A DNA stretch of 64,000 bases from an uncultured Chloroflexia bacterium (GCA_963774265.1 CAVZDU010000010.1:64001-128000); one strand, 5' to 3'; counted from the stretch's first letter, positions 21,230-32,033 are shown. Notes: generated from the sequence alone by a model not told the origin. Numbers and translations: made by a program.

Positions 21230-22431
21230 TGACTGAGAGAGGTCCTGTCGTGGCCGCATTATCGTCCAGAGAACGCCTTCTCATCACCCTCAACCACGGC
21301 GAACCTGACTGTGTGCCGTCCGATCTTGGTAGCACACAGGTCACCGGCATCCACACCCTGGCCTATCAGGCCCTCCGCGATTGGCTGGGCCTCCCTCAGG
21401 TCAGGATCACGATGTGTGACGACATCCAGGGCCTGGCGCTGCCGGACGATGACCTCTTGGATATGTGGCGGATCGACGTGCGCGGGCTGTTCCCGCTCAA
21501 CAGTCACAACGATGCAGTCACGGCGCGCACGCGGCGCGAGCCGAAGGGCGATGGTGCAGAAGTAGAGGCTTTCGTCGACGAGTGGGGCATCACCCAACAT
21601 CGGCCCTACCCCGATGGCCTCTACTTCACGGCAGTACACCACCCGCTCGACGGATCCATCACGCCGGACGACGTCAGCAAATATCCCTGGCCCGACACGG
21701 GCGATCCGCGTCGCATTTCGGGACTACGAGACCTGGCGTTGGGCTACAGGGCGCAGGGCCGGGCGGTGATGATCAAGGGTGTGTTGGCAGGCATCTTTGA
21801 GATGGCTCAGCGAGTCCGTGGTATGGCCGCACTCATGATGGACCTCGCATCCGACGAAGCATTGGCAGGAGCGCTCCTGGATCGGATGGTGGACCTCAAA
21901 CTGGCCTTCTGGGAAATGGTCCTGCCGCAATTGCGAGACGTGGTCGACGTGATTTCGGAGGCGGACGACTACGGCACGCAGACCTCGCAGCTCATCTCCC
22001 CGCGCATGTTCCGCAGGATCATGAAACCGCGATTGGCGCGGCTGTTTGGCCGCATCCACGAGCTGGCTCCCGAGGCGAAGCTCTTCTTCCACTCGTGCGG
22101 AAATGTGCGCCCGCTGTTGCCTGATTTCATCGAGATCGGGGTGGACATCCTGAATCCGGTTCATGTTCGCGCAACCGGCATGGAGCCGGTCGCACTCAAG
22201 CGCGATTTCGGCAAAGATATCGTCTTTTGGGGTGGTGGGGTCGATACCCAGGATGTGTTGCCTTATGGCACGCCCCAGCAGGTACGAGATGACGTGCGAC
22301 GCAACATTGAGGCCTTGGCTCCTGGCGGCGGCTACGTGTTCAATACCGTGCATAATATTCAGGCGGATGTGCCTGTCGAGAACATCATCGCGCTGTGGGA
22401 AGCCCTGAGGGAGTTCGGCGCCTATCGCTGA
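21229..22431 (+). CDS. URO-D/MtaA-like methyltransferase family protein
   Basis: DEWG, ADDYGTQ..LISP, FHSCG, LNPV, WGGGVDTQ, HNIQADVP; TAATG coupling to the MFS gene. Confidence 0.88.
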   Translation: MTERGPVVAALSSRERLLITLNHGEPDCVPSDLGSTQVTGIHTLAYQALRDWLGLPQVRITMCDDIQGLALPDDDLLDMWRIDVRGLFPLNSHNDAVTARTRREPKGDGAEVEAFVDEWGITQHRPYPDGLYFTAVHHPLDGSITPDDVSKYPWPDTGDPRRISGLRDLALGYRAQGRAVMIKGVLAGIFEMAQRVRGMAALMMDLASDEALAGALLDRMVDLKLAFWEMVLPQLRDVVDVISEADDYGTQTSQLISPRMFRRIMKPRLARLFGRIHELAPEAKLFFHSCGNVRPLLPDFIEIGVDILNPVHVRATGMEPVALKRDFGKDIVFWGGGVDTQDVLPYGTPQQVRDDVRRNIEALAPGGGYVFNTVHNIQADVPVENIIALWEALREFGAYR

Positions 22432-22474
22432 CGGCCGCCCATGAGGAGTTCGGTCAGGTGGATCATCGGGACAT

Positions 22475-23692
22475 CTACGGCCGGAATCGTTCCGGTAGGC
22501 CTTCCAAAGCTGCCTGCACGCGCTGGCGAAGGCTCTTCTGATCCGGCCGGCCCTTGCCCCCGCGCGTGAGTTGCTCACGCAGGTACGTGCCCACTTCGCG
22601 CATGATGCCCTGCAACGCTTCCTGCGACGGCCTCTCACCGCGCTCGAACCACAGCATCGCACCGTAGCCCATCGCCACCGTCGCGGACGCGGCCACGGCC
22701 GCGCTCAGGACCCAGCCAGGTGCACCCAGAAACTTGGATAACTCCCGCTGCAGCGTCCGCGCCGCGAACCCAACACCGAACGCGGCGATCAGTTCCTTGG
22801 CGCGTGCCGGAGTGACGTCATAGCCGTAAATGCGCGCGATGGTCAGCACCAGGCCGGTCTGGACCCCGATAAGCGGGAGGACATCTGCCACCGGTAGTGG
22901 GATGAAGGCGATGCTGGCAGATGCGGTGGCCGCCGCAATAATGCGTTGCCATGCCAGTTTTGACCGATACGCTGGCAGCGCGTCCGCGAGCGAGATCAAG
23001 AGGCTCGGCTCAGCCTGTGCGATCGAAAGCACCACGTGGCCCACGTGGTCACCCTTTGACGCTGAGATGTCCATGATTTGCGCCCGTTCGATGCCCAGAT
23101 TGGCCGCGGCCGAATCCATGACCTTATCTCGGTCCCCTTTGGATACCAGGTCCATCTTGTTCAGCACGACCAGGTGTGGCTTGCCAAGGCCCTGCAAGGC
23201 ATCGAACAGTTCTCGGTCCGATCGGCTGACGCCGCTGGCTGCATCGAACATGATGACGAGGAAGTCGGCGGATCGCGCGGCGGACAGGGCAATCTCGCGC
23301 TCGCGTTCACCCACCGATCCCACCGCGTCTGCTCCGGGCGTGTCAACAACCCTGAACACCCCCGCTGACCCGGCCTGATTCACGCGCGTGGTCCCCGGAA
23401 CGGGGCTGACGGCCGCTTTCTGCTCTGAGGGTGCGATAAGCTGGTTGTACAGCGTGGACTTGCCGACGTTGGCCGGACCTACGATAGCGATAGTGGCCGC
23501 AGTGTGATCGAGTGCAGTACGGTAGTTGTCGGTGACATAACGCAGTACATCCTTGACCCCGGTGATATTGCCCCCCACGCCGGGCAGCCACCGCTCGAGG
23601 TCGCGTTGTTGCTCCGCGGACAGCCGATTCCAGACGCCTTTAACCGCGCTCCGGGCGGGTAGGGGCAGGCTCTCAACAAGTGGGTTGGTCAC
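22475..23692 (-). CDS. Era-like GTPase with C-terminal DUF697/YcjF-like membrane domain
   Basis: G1 GPANVGKST, G2 PGTT, G3 DTPG, G4 NKMD, then IPLPVAD hydrophobic region; GTG start overlaps the upstream TGA. Confidence 0.85.
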   Translation of the reverse strand: MTNPLVESLPLPARSAVKGVWNRLSAEQQRDLERWLPGVGGNITGVKDVLRYVTDNYRTALDHTAATIAIVGPANVGKSTLYNQLIAPSEQKAAVSPVPGTTRVNQAGSAGVFRVVDTPGADAVGSVGEREREIALSAARSADFLVIMFDAASGVSRSDRELFDALQGLGKPHLVVLNKMDLVSKGDRDKVMDSAAANLGIERAQIMDISASKGDHVGHVVLSIAQAEPSLLISLADALPAYRSKLAWQRIIAAATASASIAFIPLPVADVLPLIGVQTGLVLTIARIYGYDVTPARAKELIAAFGVGFAARTLQRELSKFLGAPGWVLSAAVAASATVAMGYGAMLWFERGERPSQEALQGIMREVGTYLREQLTRGGKGRPDQKSLRQRVQAALEGLPERFRP

Positions 23693-24462
23693 CTTGGTCT
23701 CCGTGTTTGGCCGGGAATGCGTCCTACCGGGGCGAGGTAGATCGTGAACTCGTCCACCCCATCCACCCCCAGTGCGCCGTCCATGGCCACTTGATCGTAC
23801 GCGCCGAGCGCGCAGGTCCCGCAGTCGATGGCTTCGGCGGCCAGGTAGAGGTTCTGGCAGACGTGCCCGATGTCCATGAGGATGACGCGGTGTGCGTGGT
23901 GCAAATAGCGCCATTCGCTTCTATAGGGGATCACGGTCCAGATGAAGGTCGCCGCACTCTCAAGTACGTACTGCTCCTCACTGGCAGCGTGGATCTCAAC
24001 GCAGATATCGTCATCTGCTCGCAGCAAGCACAGCCGGTGCTCAACGGGCAGGTAGCGATACAGGCCTGCATTCAGGCCTTCCACCCGATTGACAAGGATG
24101 TATGTCTCAAAGGGATGCCTGCAGCCCGCCGACGGCACAGTGCGAAACGCGCGCGGTCCCGGCGTGATCTTCTCGATCCCCTGGCAGGACCACAGCAAGA
24201 ATGACAGTTCTTCCAGGGTCAGCGCCGCGTCCGTGTATTTGCGCCGGCTGCGCCGCTTGTTGATCGCCTCGATCAGCGGCATGGAGCCGACCGTGAACTG
24301 TGTGGGTGAGATCAGGTCGAATTGCGGAGCATCAGCGGGAGCGGGCTTCTCGAACGGAGGCGCAGGCACGCCACGGTGCTGGTCCGTGGCCAGGGCTTCA
24401 AACGTCTCCCACTCGTCCGATTTCAGGAACTGACGCCGAATCTTCATAGTTTCATCAGTCAC
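23689..24462 (-). CDS. SagB/ThcOx-like nitroreductase-family protein
   Basis: RRSRRKY, RTVPSAGCRHPFE, GHVCQNLYL, GAYD. Confidence 0.9.
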   Translation of the reverse strand: MTDETMKIRRQFLKSDEWETFEALATDQHRGVPAPPFEKPAPADAPQFDLISPTQFTVGSMPLIEAINKRRSRRKYTDAALTLEELSFLLWSCQGIEKITPGPRAFRTVPSAGCRHPFETYILVNRVEGLNAGLYRYLPVEHRLCLLRADDDICVEIHAASEEQYVLESAATFIWTVIPYRSEWRYLHHAHRVILMDIGHVCQNLYLAAEAIDCGTCALGAYDQVAMDGALGVDGVDEFTIYLAPVGRIPGQTRRPR

Positions 24463-24697
24463 GGTGTCTCTCCATTATCCTGCGCAGCGGTGGGAGTCTG
24501 CCCGGCCGCTCGCATCCACATTGTACATGCTGTACCCGGTTCACGCCAGAGCAGAGCTGTAGAACTTGTGACGGGGTTGCTCTTTGCCCTACTCGTTGGT
24601 ATCACCCCAGAACTCGCTCCATCTCGACAATTGCGGTAGGATGAGGTATGTATAGTCTGCTTAGGTCTCGCTTTGTCCACACATCCCTGAGGTGAAC

Positions 24698-27139
24698 ATG
24701 CGCTACGGATACTTCGACGACGATCGCCGTGAATATGTCATCACTCGACCCGACACTCCCTTGCCGTGGACGAATTACCTCGGCAGCCAGGCCTACTTTG
24801 GTCTCATCTCCAACACCGCGGGCGGTTACTCTTTCTACCGCGACGCGCGTCTTCGCCGGCTCACACGTTATCGGTACAACAACGTACCCTTCGACACCGG
24901 CGGCCGCTATATCTACCTGCGAGACGACGCCTCCGGCGCGTACTGGTCGCCATCGTGGCAACCCACGCGCACGGATCTGGATAGCTACTCGTGCCGCCAC
25001 GGCATGGGGTACACCATCATCGGGTCCACAGCTCATGGCATCCGCGCGGAAACACTCTATTTTGTGCCGCTCAACCGTAACCTGGAGGTTTGGCGCCTCA
25101 CCCTAACCAACGAGCGGGCCACGGCAGCGGAGTTATCCGTCTTCTCGGCCCTGGAGTTTTGTCTCTGGGATGCGTGGGACGACGTCACAAACTTCCAGCG
25201 CAACTTCTCCACCGGTCAGGTTGAGGTGGAGGACGGGGTCATCTATCACAAGACCGAGTATCGCGAACGGCGTGACCACTTCGCCTACTTCGCCTGCTCA
25301 CTGCCGCTGGCGGGATACGACACCGCGCGCGACGAGTTCCTGGGTCCATATGGCGGTTGGGACGCGCCGCTCGTCGTGCGCCGCGGCGCAGCGGCCAACT
25401 CCATCGCCCACGGCTGGGCGCCTATGGGCTCGCACCAGGTCAAGCTGAGTCTTCAGCCCGGCGAAACCCGCACCGTGGTTTTTGTCTTGGGTTACATGGA
25501 AAACCCCGTCGACGAGAAGTTCGATCCGCCCGGCTCACAGCGGATCAACAAGCAGCGCGTGATCCCCCTGCTCGAGGAGTTTCTTGACCCGCATGCCGTT
25601 CAGGCTGCCTGGGATGAGTTGCGAGTCCATTGGGACGGCCTGCTTGGAAAGTTCCAGGTGCAAACCCCAGACGAGCACGTCAATCGGATGGCCAACATCT
25701 GGAACGCATACCAGTGCATGATCACCTTCAACATGTCCCGCTCCGCTTCGTTTTATGAGTCGGGCGTGGGCCGCGGCATGGGCTTCCGCGATTCGAACCA
25801 GGACCTGCTGGGCTTCGTCCACATGATCCCTGAGCGCGCGCGTGAGCGTATTTTGGATCTCGCCTCGACACAACTCCCCACGGGCGGGGCTTATCACCAG
25901 TACCAGCCTTTGACCAAGCGCGGCAATGACCTGGTCGGTACGAACTTCAATGACGACCCGCTGTGGTTGGTCCTCGGTGTCGCCGCATATGTCAAAGAGA
26001 CGGGCGACCTCTCTATCCTGCAGGAGCCTGCCCCTTACGATAACAAACCCGGCTCTGAAACGCCCCTCTATGAGCACTTGCAGCGCAGCATGAACTATAC
26101 GTTGGACCGCCTCGGCCCCCACCACCTGCCTCTGATCGGCCACGCGGATTGGAATGATTGCCTGAACCTGAATTGCTTTTCCACGACGCCCGGCGAATCT
26201 TTTCAGACCACTACCAGCAAAGATGGTGTGACTGCCGAATCCGTATTCATCGCCGGGCTCTTCGTGCTCGCTGCCGATGAGATGGTGCAGCTTGCACAAA
26301 TGACCGCGAACGCGGCAGACGTAGCAACCTACAGAGCTGCGGCACGGGCGATGACATCGACTGTCCATGATTCCGGTTGGGACGGCGCCTGGTTCCGGCG
26401 CGCCTATGATGACTACAGCCGGCCGGTCGGATCGCAAGAGAACGACGAAGGCCAGATCTACATTGAGCCCCAGGGCATGTGCGTCATGGCCGGCATTGGC
26501 GTGGACGACGGCCGCGCTCGTCAGGCGCTGGATTCGGTTCGCGAGCGATTGGCGACACCGCATGGTATTGTGCTCCAACAGCCGGCCTACTCGCAGTATT
26601 ACATTCATCTGGGTGAGATCTCGACCTACCCGCCGGGATACAAGGAAAATGGCGGCATCTTCTGTCACACCAACCCGTGGATCATGATCGCGGAGGCAAA
26701 GCTGGGCAACGGCGACGCGGCGTACGACTACTATTTGCGCATCAATCCGTCGGCGCGCGAGGCGATTAGCGAAGTGCACCGATGCGAGCCGTACGTTTAC
26801 GCGCAGATGATTGCCGGCAAGGATGCACCGACTCACGGTGAGGCCAAGAACTCATGGCTTTCGGGCACCGCGGCATGGAACTATGTCGCCATCACGCAAT
26901 GGATTCTCGGCATCCGACCCGAGCACGCCGGTCTGCGCATCGCGCCGGTGCTGCCCTCGGGCTGGACGGGGTTCAGCGCGCGGCGCGTCTTCCGCGGCGT
27001 CACCTATCGGATCCAGGTGGAGCGTCGAGGCGCTGGCAACAACACCGAGTTGGAGGTGAATGGTCAACCCCTAACCGGAGATATCGTACCGTGGCCCGGG
27101 GCTGACACTGAAGTGCAGGTGCGGGCGGTCGTTTCCTGA
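24698..27139 (+). CDS. cbp: GH94 cellobiose phosphorylase-like enzyme
   Basis: RYGYFDD..REYVIT, RGMGFRDSNQD, ADWNDCL, PGYKENGGIFCH, KNSWLSGTAAW. Confidence 0.9.
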   Translation: MRYGYFDDDRREYVITRPDTPLPWTNYLGSQAYFGLISNTAGGYSFYRDARLRRLTRYRYNNVPFDTGGRYIYLRDDASGAYWSPSWQPTRTDLDSYSCRHGMGYTIIGSTAHGIRAETLYFVPLNRNLEVWRLTLTNERATAAELSVFSALEFCLWDAWDDVTNFQRNFSTGQVEVEDGVIYHKTEYRERRDHFAYFACSLPLAGYDTARDEFLGPYGGWDAPLVVRRGAAANSIAHGWAPMGSHQVKLSLQPGETRTVVFVLGYMENPVDEKFDPPGSQRINKQRVIPLLEEFLDPHAVQAAWDELRVHWDGLLGKFQVQTPDEHVNRMANIWNAYQCMITFNMSRSASFYESGVGRGMGFRDSNQDLLGFVHMIPERARERILDLASTQLPTGGAYHQYQPLTKRGNDLVGTNFNDDPLWLVLGVAAYVKETGDLSILQEPAPYDNKPGSETPLYEHLQRSMNYTLDRLGPHHLPLIGHADWNDCLNLNCFSTTPGESFQTTTSKDGVTAESVFIAGLFVLAADEMVQLAQMTANAADVATYRAAARAMTSTVHDSGWDGAWFRRAYDDYSRPVGSQENDEGQIYIEPQGMCVMAGIGVDDGRARQALDSVRERLATPHGIVLQQPAYSQYYIHLGEISTYPPGYKENGGIFCHTNPWIMIAEAKLGNGDAAYDYYLRINPSAREAISEVHRCEPYVYAQMIAGKDAPTHGEAKNSWLSGTAAWNYVAITQWILGIRPEHAGLRIAPVLPSGWTGFSARRVFRGVTYRIQVERRGAGNNTELEVNGQPLTGDIVPWPGADTEVQVRAVVS

Positions 27140-27175
27140 CCCACGCGGGTGACCCTCGCCGTATGGCGCGTCGCC

Positions 27176-28795
27176 CTAGCCCACTCCGTTCGGGCTTTTC
27201 TTTCCAACGGCCAGCGCGTGTGCGACGGCGTCGACCGTCTCCTGCAGGGTGGCGAACTCCTCGCGCGTGTAGGGTCTGGATTCCTGTCGCGGGCCCAACA
27301 ACAGCAGCCCGAAGCGCTGCCCTCCGTACTCCAGGGGTGAGGCCACCCAGGCCTCGCCCCGCCAGTCACCGTACGTGTACACTGTTTCCAGGCGGCCGTT
27401 ATTCATCATATTGATGGCGCCACTCTTGGCGGACATTCCGGTCGCGGCCTCATCGAGCAGTTTCCTGGTCATCAACTGTGCATCGCTCATCTGCACATAC
27501 GAGTTGATTGCGCCGCCGAAATCGCGCAAGGCCCGAATGTGATCGGGTGAGTCCCTGAGCGTGCGGTCGAGAAGTGTCTGGAGCCGCGTCTTGATCGGCG
27601 TGAATACCGAAACCAGGATCAACGACGTCAGCACGACTGCCACATCGCTTCGTTCGCCGGTGAAGCTCTCGAAGATCTTCTGCAGAATGGTGATGCTCAC
27701 GCTGACCACACCGGCGAGCACAGCGGTCATCGTCCCCCAGAGGATCGTGCGATTGAAAATGGCGTCCATTTGGAGCAATCGATAGCGGAAGATAGCAATC
27801 GCAACACTGAACGGGAAGATCACCAGCGACGGCATATACAGCGCAGGCTCAAAGTGCAGCCGAATCCCGATCAAAGGGGTCGTCAGCCAAATCAACAGCG
27901 GCGAGAAGGAGATTGCGCTGCCCAGCAGGACTATCCGCGCCTGCCGTCGGACAACAGGTTCTTCGCTGCGAAAGGCTCGATATAGCATAGTGCCGAGGAA
28001 GAGCAGGCCACTGATCCCCGTGTACCGGTAGCACACATCGCGGACATCGAGATATTGCCAGGGTTGGGATTGATCGTACAACAAAATCGCAGCCCAAGCC
28101 CCCAGGCCAAGCGAGATAAGATACGGCACGGCCAAAATGGCGGGGAAGCGCCGTACAAGCCGTGCTTCTTGCGGGAAGCGCATGGCCAGGCTCAGCAATG
28201 AGCCACCGAGACTGGCGATCGCCACCGACCAAACGGGCGTTCCAACGTGCGTGGAAAACATGTCGAAGTAAAGGCTCATTGTGGTGGCGGTCGCGAAGCA
28301 GAAGAAGGCGAGCGCGCGGCCCGGACGGGTGCTGCCGCGCGCTCGATAAATCCAGACGCCAATGCTGAGATATGCCAGGCCCATAAGATAGGGCATCCAG
28401 AAGAGTCGGAACAGGTCGCGCACCGGAAAATCGATTAGCCGCACCGTTGGGAAGAACTTCTCGCCACCCTCCCGCAATTGTGTTGATATGGCCACCGAGT
28501 CGCCGACTGCGAGCCTGCTAAGAATTGCCTGGTACTGCTGGTCGCTGCCTACAGCGCTGCCTCCAAAGCGGGTCACAAGTTGCCCTAATTCCACGCCAGC
28601 CGCGCGTCCGCTCCAGCCAACGCCATCCTGATCGGTCGCCACGAGGGTGTGGTTCATTAGGAAGCCGGGAAACGGCCGGTTCGCCCAGGAGAGCGCGAGC
28701 ATGGGACCCATGATCACGCCGAGGGTGGCAAGCCCAAACGCGATCAGCGTCACCAGCCGACTAATACGTTCCAGTACATCCCCGTTTCTGGCCAT
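27176..28795 (-). CDS. Membrane sensor: TM-PDZ, multi-TM block, short GAF-like tail, no output domain
   Basis: PFPGF...AGVELG PDZ-like segment, about 8 further TM helices, AIFRYRL, PLEYGGQRFGLLLLGP..PYTREE. Confidence 0.75.
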   Translation of the reverse strand: MARNGDVLERISRLVTLIAFGLATLGVIMGPMLALSWANRPFPGFLMNHTLVATDQDGVGWSGRAAGVELGQLVTRFGGSAVGSDQQYQAILSRLAVGDSVAISTQLREGGEKFFPTVRLIDFPVRDLFRLFWMPYLMGLAYLSIGVWIYRARGSTRPGRALAFFCFATATTMSLYFDMFSTHVGTPVWSVAIASLGGSLLSLAMRFPQEARLVRRFPAILAVPYLISLGLGAWAAILLYDQSQPWQYLDVRDVCYRYTGISGLLFLGTMLYRAFRSEEPVVRRQARIVLLGSAISFSPLLIWLTTPLIGIRLHFEPALYMPSLVIFPFSVAIAIFRYRLLQMDAIFNRTILWGTMTAVLAGVVSVSITILQKIFESFTGERSDVAVVLTSLILVSVFTPIKTRLQTLLDRTLRDSPDHIRALRDFGGAINSYVQMSDAQLMTRKLLDEAATGMSAKSGAINMMNNGRLETVYTYGDWRGEAWVASPLEYGGQRFGLLLLGPRQESRPYTREEFATLQETVDAVAHALAVGKKSPNGVG

Positions 28796-28798
28796 CTC

Positions 28799-30571
28799 CT
28801 ACAGGTCCGTTTCTGTTTCCCCAAGCGCGCTCAGATCGTCCATCAAGGTTCGGCGGCGCCTGTCAACGGTCTGCGGTTTGACCGAACGCGACAACGCGAT
28901 GACCGTGATGTCCTGATGATGCAGCGAGTCTTTGTCAGCGAACGTGGTGAGGTCGAGGCATAGGGCGTCCACGATGCCTTGCCCGGTGGTGGCGCCCGAC
29001 GCGTTCAAGACGGCCCGCGCGCGCTCCGGTCCGAACGCGTCCCCAGTCTCGGGCCGCACCCCCAGCACTCCGGGGCTGTAAAAGATGATGCTATCACCCA
29101 TTTCCAGCAGGACTTCCTCCTGTTCGTACTCGTAATCCAACGTCTGGCCGAGGAAAGCCCCCCCTTCGCGCATCTCGACCAGATCACCATCGCGCCACAG
29201 GAGGGGCGCACAGAACCCGGCAGTGGCGAACTGCAGCAGTCCGTTGGCCGGATCGAGGAGCGCGTACTCGGACGTAATGGCTGCCTCGGAACGCATATCC
29301 GGGCAGAGCAGATTGTTGCTCTGGGTCAGCGCCTGACCCGCCGATTGTGCGCGAGCTGCAGCCGTCCGGAAAGCCGCGCGCAAGGTCGATAACAAGTGGA
29401 TCGCGGCTACACCCTTCTCGGCCACGGTCACCAACGACGTCATTAGCTTGCCGTCGGGAAGGAGCATGAAATCGTACATGTCGCGGGCGGCCGCGCCGTT
29501 GGCCCCACTCTGATGATAGACGCCCACATCCCAGCCGCTGACCAGCGGCGCCTGTTTGGGCAGCAGTTGCTGGCGAATCTGCTTGCTGAGCCGCCCCTCG
29601 ACCACGGATTGATCGCGTTCCAGGATTTCCGAGCGCTGTCCGCGCGCCAGCAGCGCGACGCCGAGCGTGGGAATGATCATGCCCAATGCCAACAAGCCGA
29701 TGAGTCCGGTGGCAAAGCGTTGGACCGGCGCCATCGCGGTCGTCCAGTCCGTCTCTGTCACGAGCGTCCAATCGGTGCCCGGCACCGGTGCAAATGCTGC
29801 GACCACATCGTGCCCTTGAACGTCTTTCGTCCGCCGTGATCCGCCCTGAGCGCCGGTCGTGCGGAGTTCCCCTGTCTCGATGCTCTCGCCGACGCGCTCA
29901 TAGCCGGAGTCATAGATGACGCGGCCCGCTGCGTCCACGATATAGGTGTTTCCTGAACCGGTCAGGCGCAGACGCACGATGCTCGCGTAGAATGCGCTGA
30001 CCTGGGACTCGCCCAGGCGAAAGAGACCCGACAGGACGCCTACCATCTCCTTGTTTTCACCCAGCACGGGCACGCTCATCACGACGACCAATGCGTCACT
30101 GGGTCCGACATTGAGCACGCGTGAGAAGTGAATGGCAGGTGGCTGGGCGACGAGCATAGATTTAAAGAAATCTTGGCCGGACCAGTCATCGCTCATGATA
30201 TCCCAACGCTCAGGCACGGTGGCGCGAACTCGGCCGGTGTTGTCCAGCAAGATCACGCCGCCGTCGAACAAGCTGAGCCTCTGGCTTGCTCCGCGCAGAA
30301 AGAGTCTCTGGCGTTCGGTCAGTCCGAGATAGAGGCTTTGAGAACGAGCCAACGCCTGAAGTTCCTCGGCCAGCTTGCCGAGCTCATCACGCAGTCGCAC
30401 AGCGGTCAGGAGCGCCACCTGCCGGTCCCGTTCAATGATCAGATCCTCGGCAGCCCTGCGGTACGATAGATAGCTATACGTGGCTGCGCCGATCAAGCCG
30501 ACCATAGCCAAGAGGGTAATGGCCGCAAGGCTCCGTGCACGCGACTGCCGCCACAACCGCTTAACCCCCAC
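28799..30571 (-). CDS. dCache-containing membrane protein with degenerate SpoIIE/PP2C domain
   Basis: TM-dCache (YIVDAAG, APVPGTDWTLV)-TM, then IRQQLLP, DMYDF, YALLD, QDITVI. Confidence 0.8.
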   Translation of the reverse strand: MGVKRLWRQSRARSLAAITLLAMVGLIGAATYSYLSYRRAAEDLIIERDRQVALLTAVRLRDELGKLAEELQALARSQSLYLGLTERQRLFLRGASQRLSLFDGGVILLDNTGRVRATVPERWDIMSDDWSGQDFFKSMLVAQPPAIHFSRVLNVGPSDALVVVMSVPVLGENKEMVGVLSGLFRLGESQVSAFYASIVRLRLTGSGNTYIVDAAGRVIYDSGYERVGESIETGELRTTGAQGGSRRTKDVQGHDVVAAFAPVPGTDWTLVTETDWTTAMAPVQRFATGLIGLLALGMIIPTLGVALLARGQRSEILERDQSVVEGRLSKQIRQQLLPKQAPLVSGWDVGVYHQSGANGAAARDMYDFMLLPDGKLMTSLVTVAEKGVAAIHLLSTLRAAFRTAAARAQSAGQALTQSNNLLCPDMRSEAAITSEYALLDPANGLLQFATAGFCAPLLWRDGDLVEMREGGAFLGQTLDYEYEQEEVLLEMGDSIIFYSPGVLGVRPETGDAFGPERARAVLNASGATTGQGIVDALCLDLTTFADKDSLHHQDITVIALSRSVKPQTVDRRRRTLMDDLSALGETETDL

Positions 30572-31919
30572 CCGACTCCTCCGCGTTGCCCACTTGTGCC
30601 GCCTCAACCTGAGCCGCGACCTCTCGCATGATGCTTACAGGCGCGCGACCCAACGTGTAGATCTGTTCCCACGCGGTTGCAGTGAGGCGACGTGCTTCGT
30701 CCTGGTTCTCGAAGATTTCCGGCGTCACGGAATAACCCTTGATGTGTCCTTCAGCAAACGAGGCCAGATCCATCTCCTGGGTCTGGGTGGGGTATTGCTC
30801 GCGCGCGATGGCAATCCACTCCTCCACGAGGCTCGCGCGCGCCGGCTGGAGCAGGTGCGCCTGGGCCATGGCACGGCCGTAGCGCGGGCTGATTAAGAAC
30901 TTCATGAACTCCCAGGCCGCTTCCGGGTACTGCGTGCCTTTGTAGATCCCAAAGCCATCCGTGGTTGACATGGTGACGCGACGTGCGGGAGCGGCCGGAA
31001 AGCGAGTAACACCCATCCGAAACTTGGCGCCCTCGAGGATTGCCTTCAGTGACCACGAACCATCCTCCACCATGGCCAGCCGTTCCTGCAAAAACGCTTC
31101 GGTGACGCTGAGATTCTGAACATCCAGGCGGCTGGCCATCGCGTGGTCCCCCCACATGCGGTCGCGCAACCATTGCATCGCGTCGAGTGCCTCGGAACTA
31201 CCCATCAGGCATTTGGTGGGCTCGGCCGGATCGACGAAATGGCCACCCCAGCCGTTGACGTGTACCTGGATACGATCCCAACTGACGTCGAACATGCTGC
31301 CCCACACGGAGTCTGCCTCATCCTGTGGACGCTGCCTGGAGAAGGATCGCATGGCGGTCTGATAATCATCATAGGTCCAGGTAGAGTCGGGGTAGGTGAC
31401 GCCGTACTTGTCGAACAGATCTTTATTGTAGTACAGGGCCAGCGCGCCGTGATACTTGGGCAAGCCAAACTGCGCGCCGTTGCGCAACTGCAGCGCCCGG
31501 TATTGTGCAACGTCCCAGTCCTGCCGGTCTTCCCCTTTCAACTCAGCATCGATGTACGGCCGCAAGTCCATGAGGTAGCCCTTCTGGGCCCAGACCGGGA
31601 AGAAATCACAGCAGCCTGCAAACACGTCGGGTGCGCTCTGCGCCTGAAAGTCGGCCAGCATTTTTTCAGTCAGGTCGGGCGGATCAGGTGTGTAGAAGAC
31701 GTGGATATTTGGATGGGTCGCGTGGAATTCCTCCAGCATCTGCTGCGCCATCGCAGAAAAGTAGTCGGTGCGCCAATCCTGGTACACCAGCTGGACTGAG
31801 TCGCTGCCGTGCGGTCCGGGCCCTGACTTCGGCGCAGGACCACACGCACTCAGTGCCGCGCACCCGGCAAGGCTGCCTGCCACCCGCAAGAAGACCCGTC
31901 GCGAAATCCGTGATCCCAT
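30561..31919 (-). CDS. Sugar-type extracellular solute-binding lipoprotein (Tat signal)
   Basis: SRRVFLR Tat motif, LSAC lipobox, LYYNKDLFDK, WTYDD, AAWEFMKFL. Confidence 0.9.
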   Translation of the reverse strand: MGSRISRRVFLRVAGSLAGCAALSACGPAPKSGPGPHGSDSVQLVYQDWRTDYFSAMAQQMLEEFHATHPNIHVFYTPDPPDLTEKMLADFQAQSAPDVFAGCCDFFPVWAQKGYLMDLRPYIDAELKGEDRQDWDVAQYRALQLRNGAQFGLPKYHGALALYYNKDLFDKYGVTYPDSTWTYDDYQTAMRSFSRQRPQDEADSVWGSMFDVSWDRIQVHVNGWGGHFVDPAEPTKCLMGSSEALDAMQWLRDRMWGDHAMASRLDVQNLSVTEAFLQERLAMVEDGSWSLKAILEGAKFRMGVTRFPAAPARRVTMSTTDGFGIYKGTQYPEAAWEFMKFLISPRYGRAMAQAHLLQPARASLVEEWIAIAREQYPTQTQEMDLASFAEGHIKGYSVTPEIFENQDEARRLTATAWEQIYTLGRAPVSIMREVAAQVEAAQVGNAEESGGG

Positions 31920-32033
31920 ATGTGTCTCCCACTCGCCCCGCTTGTCGAGGCCGGGTTCTCCGTCTTTGAGCTTTGTCGTAAGTTTCTCGTTTGTGCGTCA
32001 GTTGGCCGGCCTATTGCCTCTACAAGTGCTAAA

